The position numbers and the translations under genes were made by a program. The notes beneath the pieces are model-generated. The model had not been told where the DNA came from. It was given only the letters and a program-made list of their open reading frames with translations, and ran no database searches. This document shows positions 61,525 to 64,000 of a DNA stretch of 64,000 nt, one piece after another (position 1 is the first letter of the stretch; each line of letters begins with the position of its first letter). Origin of the DNA: Mobula hypostoma (lineage: Eukaryota); contig NC_086097.1 of assembly GCF_963921235.1 (NCBI RefSeq), positions 66,652,001-66,716,000 of the forward strand, read 5' to 3'.

Positions 61525-63915
61525 TCATGGGTGACTTTAACTTCCCTAATATTGATTGGCACCTGATTAGTTCCAAGGGTTTGGATGGGGCTGAGTTTGT
61601 TAAGTGTGTCCAGGACGGTTTCCTGTCATAGTATGTTGACAGGCCGACTAGGGGGAATGCCATACTAGATCTAGTATTAGGTAATGAACCGGGTCAGGTC
61701 ACAGATCTCTCAGTGGGTGAGCATCTGGGGGACAATGACCACCGCTCCCTGGCCTTTAGCATTGTCATGGAAAAGGATAGAATCAGAGAGGACAGGAAAA
61801 TTTTTAATTGGGAAAGGGCAAATTATGAGGCTATAAGGCTAGAACGTGCAGGTGTGAATTGGGATGATGTTTTGCAGGGAAATGTACTAAGGACATGTGG
61901 TCAATGTTTAGGGATCTCTTGCAGGATGTTAGGGATAAATTTGTCCCGGTGAGGAAGATAAAGAATGGTAGGGTGAAGGAACCATGGGTGACAAGTGAGG
62001 TGGAAAATCTAGTCAGGTGGAAGAAGGCAGCATACATGAGGTTTAGGAAGCAAGGATCAGATGGGTCTATTGAGGAATTTAGGGTAGCAAGAAAGGAGCT
62101 TAAGAAGGGGCTGAGGAGAGCAAGAAGGGGGCATGAGAAGGCCTTGGCGACTAGGGTAAAGGAAAACCCCAAGGCATTCTTCAGTTATGTGAAGAACAAA
62201 AGGATGACAGGAGTGAAGGTAGGACCGATTAGAGATAAAGGTGGGAAGATGTGCCTGGAGGCTGTGGAAGTGAGCGAGGTCCTCAATGAATACTTATCTT
62301 CGGTATTCACCAATGAGAAGGAACTTGATGACGGCGAGGACAATATGAATGAGGTTGATGTTCTGGAGCATATTGATATTAAGGGAGAGGAGGTGTTGGA
62401 GTTGTTAAAATACATTATGACAGAGGGATATTAGAGGAAGGCGAGGGAAGAGATTGCTGAGCCGCTGGGTAGCATCTTTATGTCCTCGTAGTCCACAGGA
62501 ATGGTAACAGAGGATTGGAGGGAGGTGAATGTTGTCCTCTTGTTCAAAAAAGGTAGTAGGGGTATTCTGGGTAATTATCGACCAGTGAGTCTTACGTCTG
62601 TGGTGGGAAAGCTGTTGGAAAAGATTCTTTGAGAAAGGATCTATGGGCATTTAGAGAATCATGGTATCTTCAGGGACAGTCAGCATGGCTTTGTGAAGGG
62701 CAGATCGTGTCTAACAAGCCTGATAGAGTTCTTTGAGGAGGTGACCAGGCATATAGATGAGGGAAGTGCAGTGGATGTGATCTACATGGATTTTAGTAAG
62801 GCATTTGACAAGGTTCCACATGGTAGGCTTATTCAGAAAGTCAGAAGGCATGGGACCCAGGGAAGTTTGGCCAGGTAGATTCAGAATTGGCTTGCCTACA
62901 GAAAGCAGAGGGTCGTGGTGGAGGGAGTACATTTGGATTGGAGGGTTGTGACTAGTGGTGTCCCACAAGGATCTGTTCTGGGACCTCTACTTTTTGTGAT
63001 TTTTATTAACGACCTGGGTGTGGGGGTAGAAGGGTGGGTTGGCAAGTTTGCAGACGACACAAAGGTTGGTGGTGTTGTAGATAGTGTAGAGGATTGCCAA
63101 AGATTGCAGAGAGAAGTGGGCTGAGAAGTGGCAGATGGAGTTCAACCCGGAGAAGTGTGAGGTGGTACACTTTGGAAGGACAAACTCCAAGGCAGAGTAC
63201 AAAGTAAATGGTAGGATACTTGGTAGTGTGGAGGAGCAGAGGGATCTGGGGATACATATCCACAGATCCCTGAAAGTTGCCTCAGAGGTGGATAGGGTAG
63301 TTAAGAAAGCTTATGGGATGTTGGCTTTCATAAGTCGAGGGATAGAGTTTAAGAGTCGCGATGTAATGATGCAGCTCTATAAAACTCTGGTTAGGCCACA
63401 CTTGGAGTACTGTGTCCAGTTCTGGTCGCCTCACTATAGGAAGGATGTGGAAGCATTGGAAAGGGTACAGAGGAGATTTACCAGGATGCTGCCTGGTTTA
63501 GAAAGTATGCATTATGATCAGAGATTAAGGGAGCTAGGGCTTTACTCTTTGGAGAGAAGGAGGATGAGAGGAGACATGATAGAGGTGTACAAGATAATAA
63601 GAGGAATAGATAGAGTGGATAGCCAGCGCCTCTTCCCCAGGGCACCACTGCTCAATACAAGAGGACATGGCTTTAAGGTAAGGGGTAGGAAGTTCAAGGG
63701 GGATATTAGAGGAAGGTTTTTTACTCAGAAAGTGGTTGGTGTGTGGAATGCACTGCCTGAGTCAATGGTGGAGGCAGATACACTAGTGAAGTTTAAGAGA
63801 CTACTAGACAGGTATATGGAGGAATCTAAGGTGGAGGCTTATATGGGAGGCAGGGTTTGAGGGTCGGCACAACATTGTGGGCCGAAAGGCCTGTACTGTG
63901 CTGTACTATTCTATG

Positions 63916-64000
63916 AACTGAAGCCTGAAGATATGTAACTGAGAAGTCATACTGGGGAAAAGATCATTCCTGTGGGAATGATATTCATTACAGTGAAATA
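63916..64000 (+). mobile_element. Gypsy protease-region fragment, same family as 45671-48756
   Basis: aactgaagcctgaagatatg...ctgtgggaatgatattc matches about 47168-47252. Confidence 0.8.

Larger units (their letters stand above)
61187..63915 (+). mobile_element. CR1 (HER1-like) LINE, 5'-truncated in the endonuclease, disrupted ORF2
   Basis: [63 protein letters not shown]; tail gggccgaaaggcctgtactgtgctgtactattctatg; aactg at both flanks. Confidence 0.92.

Overview
This is a transposon-saturated vertebrate non-coding region (intron or gene desert) with no host protein-coding exon I can support. The repeat set (HE1-type V-SINE with a CR1/HER1-like tail, Deu-domain SINE, abundant Rex1/Babar, CR1 and Penelope-like elements) points to a cartilaginous fish, probably a ray or shark; this is inference and unconfirmed. 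All long ORFs belong to decayed mobile elements: Rex1/Babar LINEs (largest copy 30583-33496), an L1/Tx1 element (50409-54571), a CR1 (61187-63915), a degraded Gypsy (45671-48756), three solo LTRs, hAT/Charlie elements, Tigger/pogo and Tc1 elements. Many are nested with readable target-site duplications. The most notable observations are: (i) a fragment closely resembling the Sleeping Beauty right IR/DR plus transposase C-terminus (19655-20078), a horizontal-transfer candidate; (ii) Penelope pseudo-LTRs carrying minimal hammerhead ribozyme cores, dispersed as short mobile units; (iii) a Penelope copy with an inverted pseudo-LTR and a 16-bp fold-back junction; (iv) non-coding retroposons with an AAGATGGC(G) head and Rex1-type tails. 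Family names come from recalled motifs, not database searches. Boundaries of old fragments are approximate.
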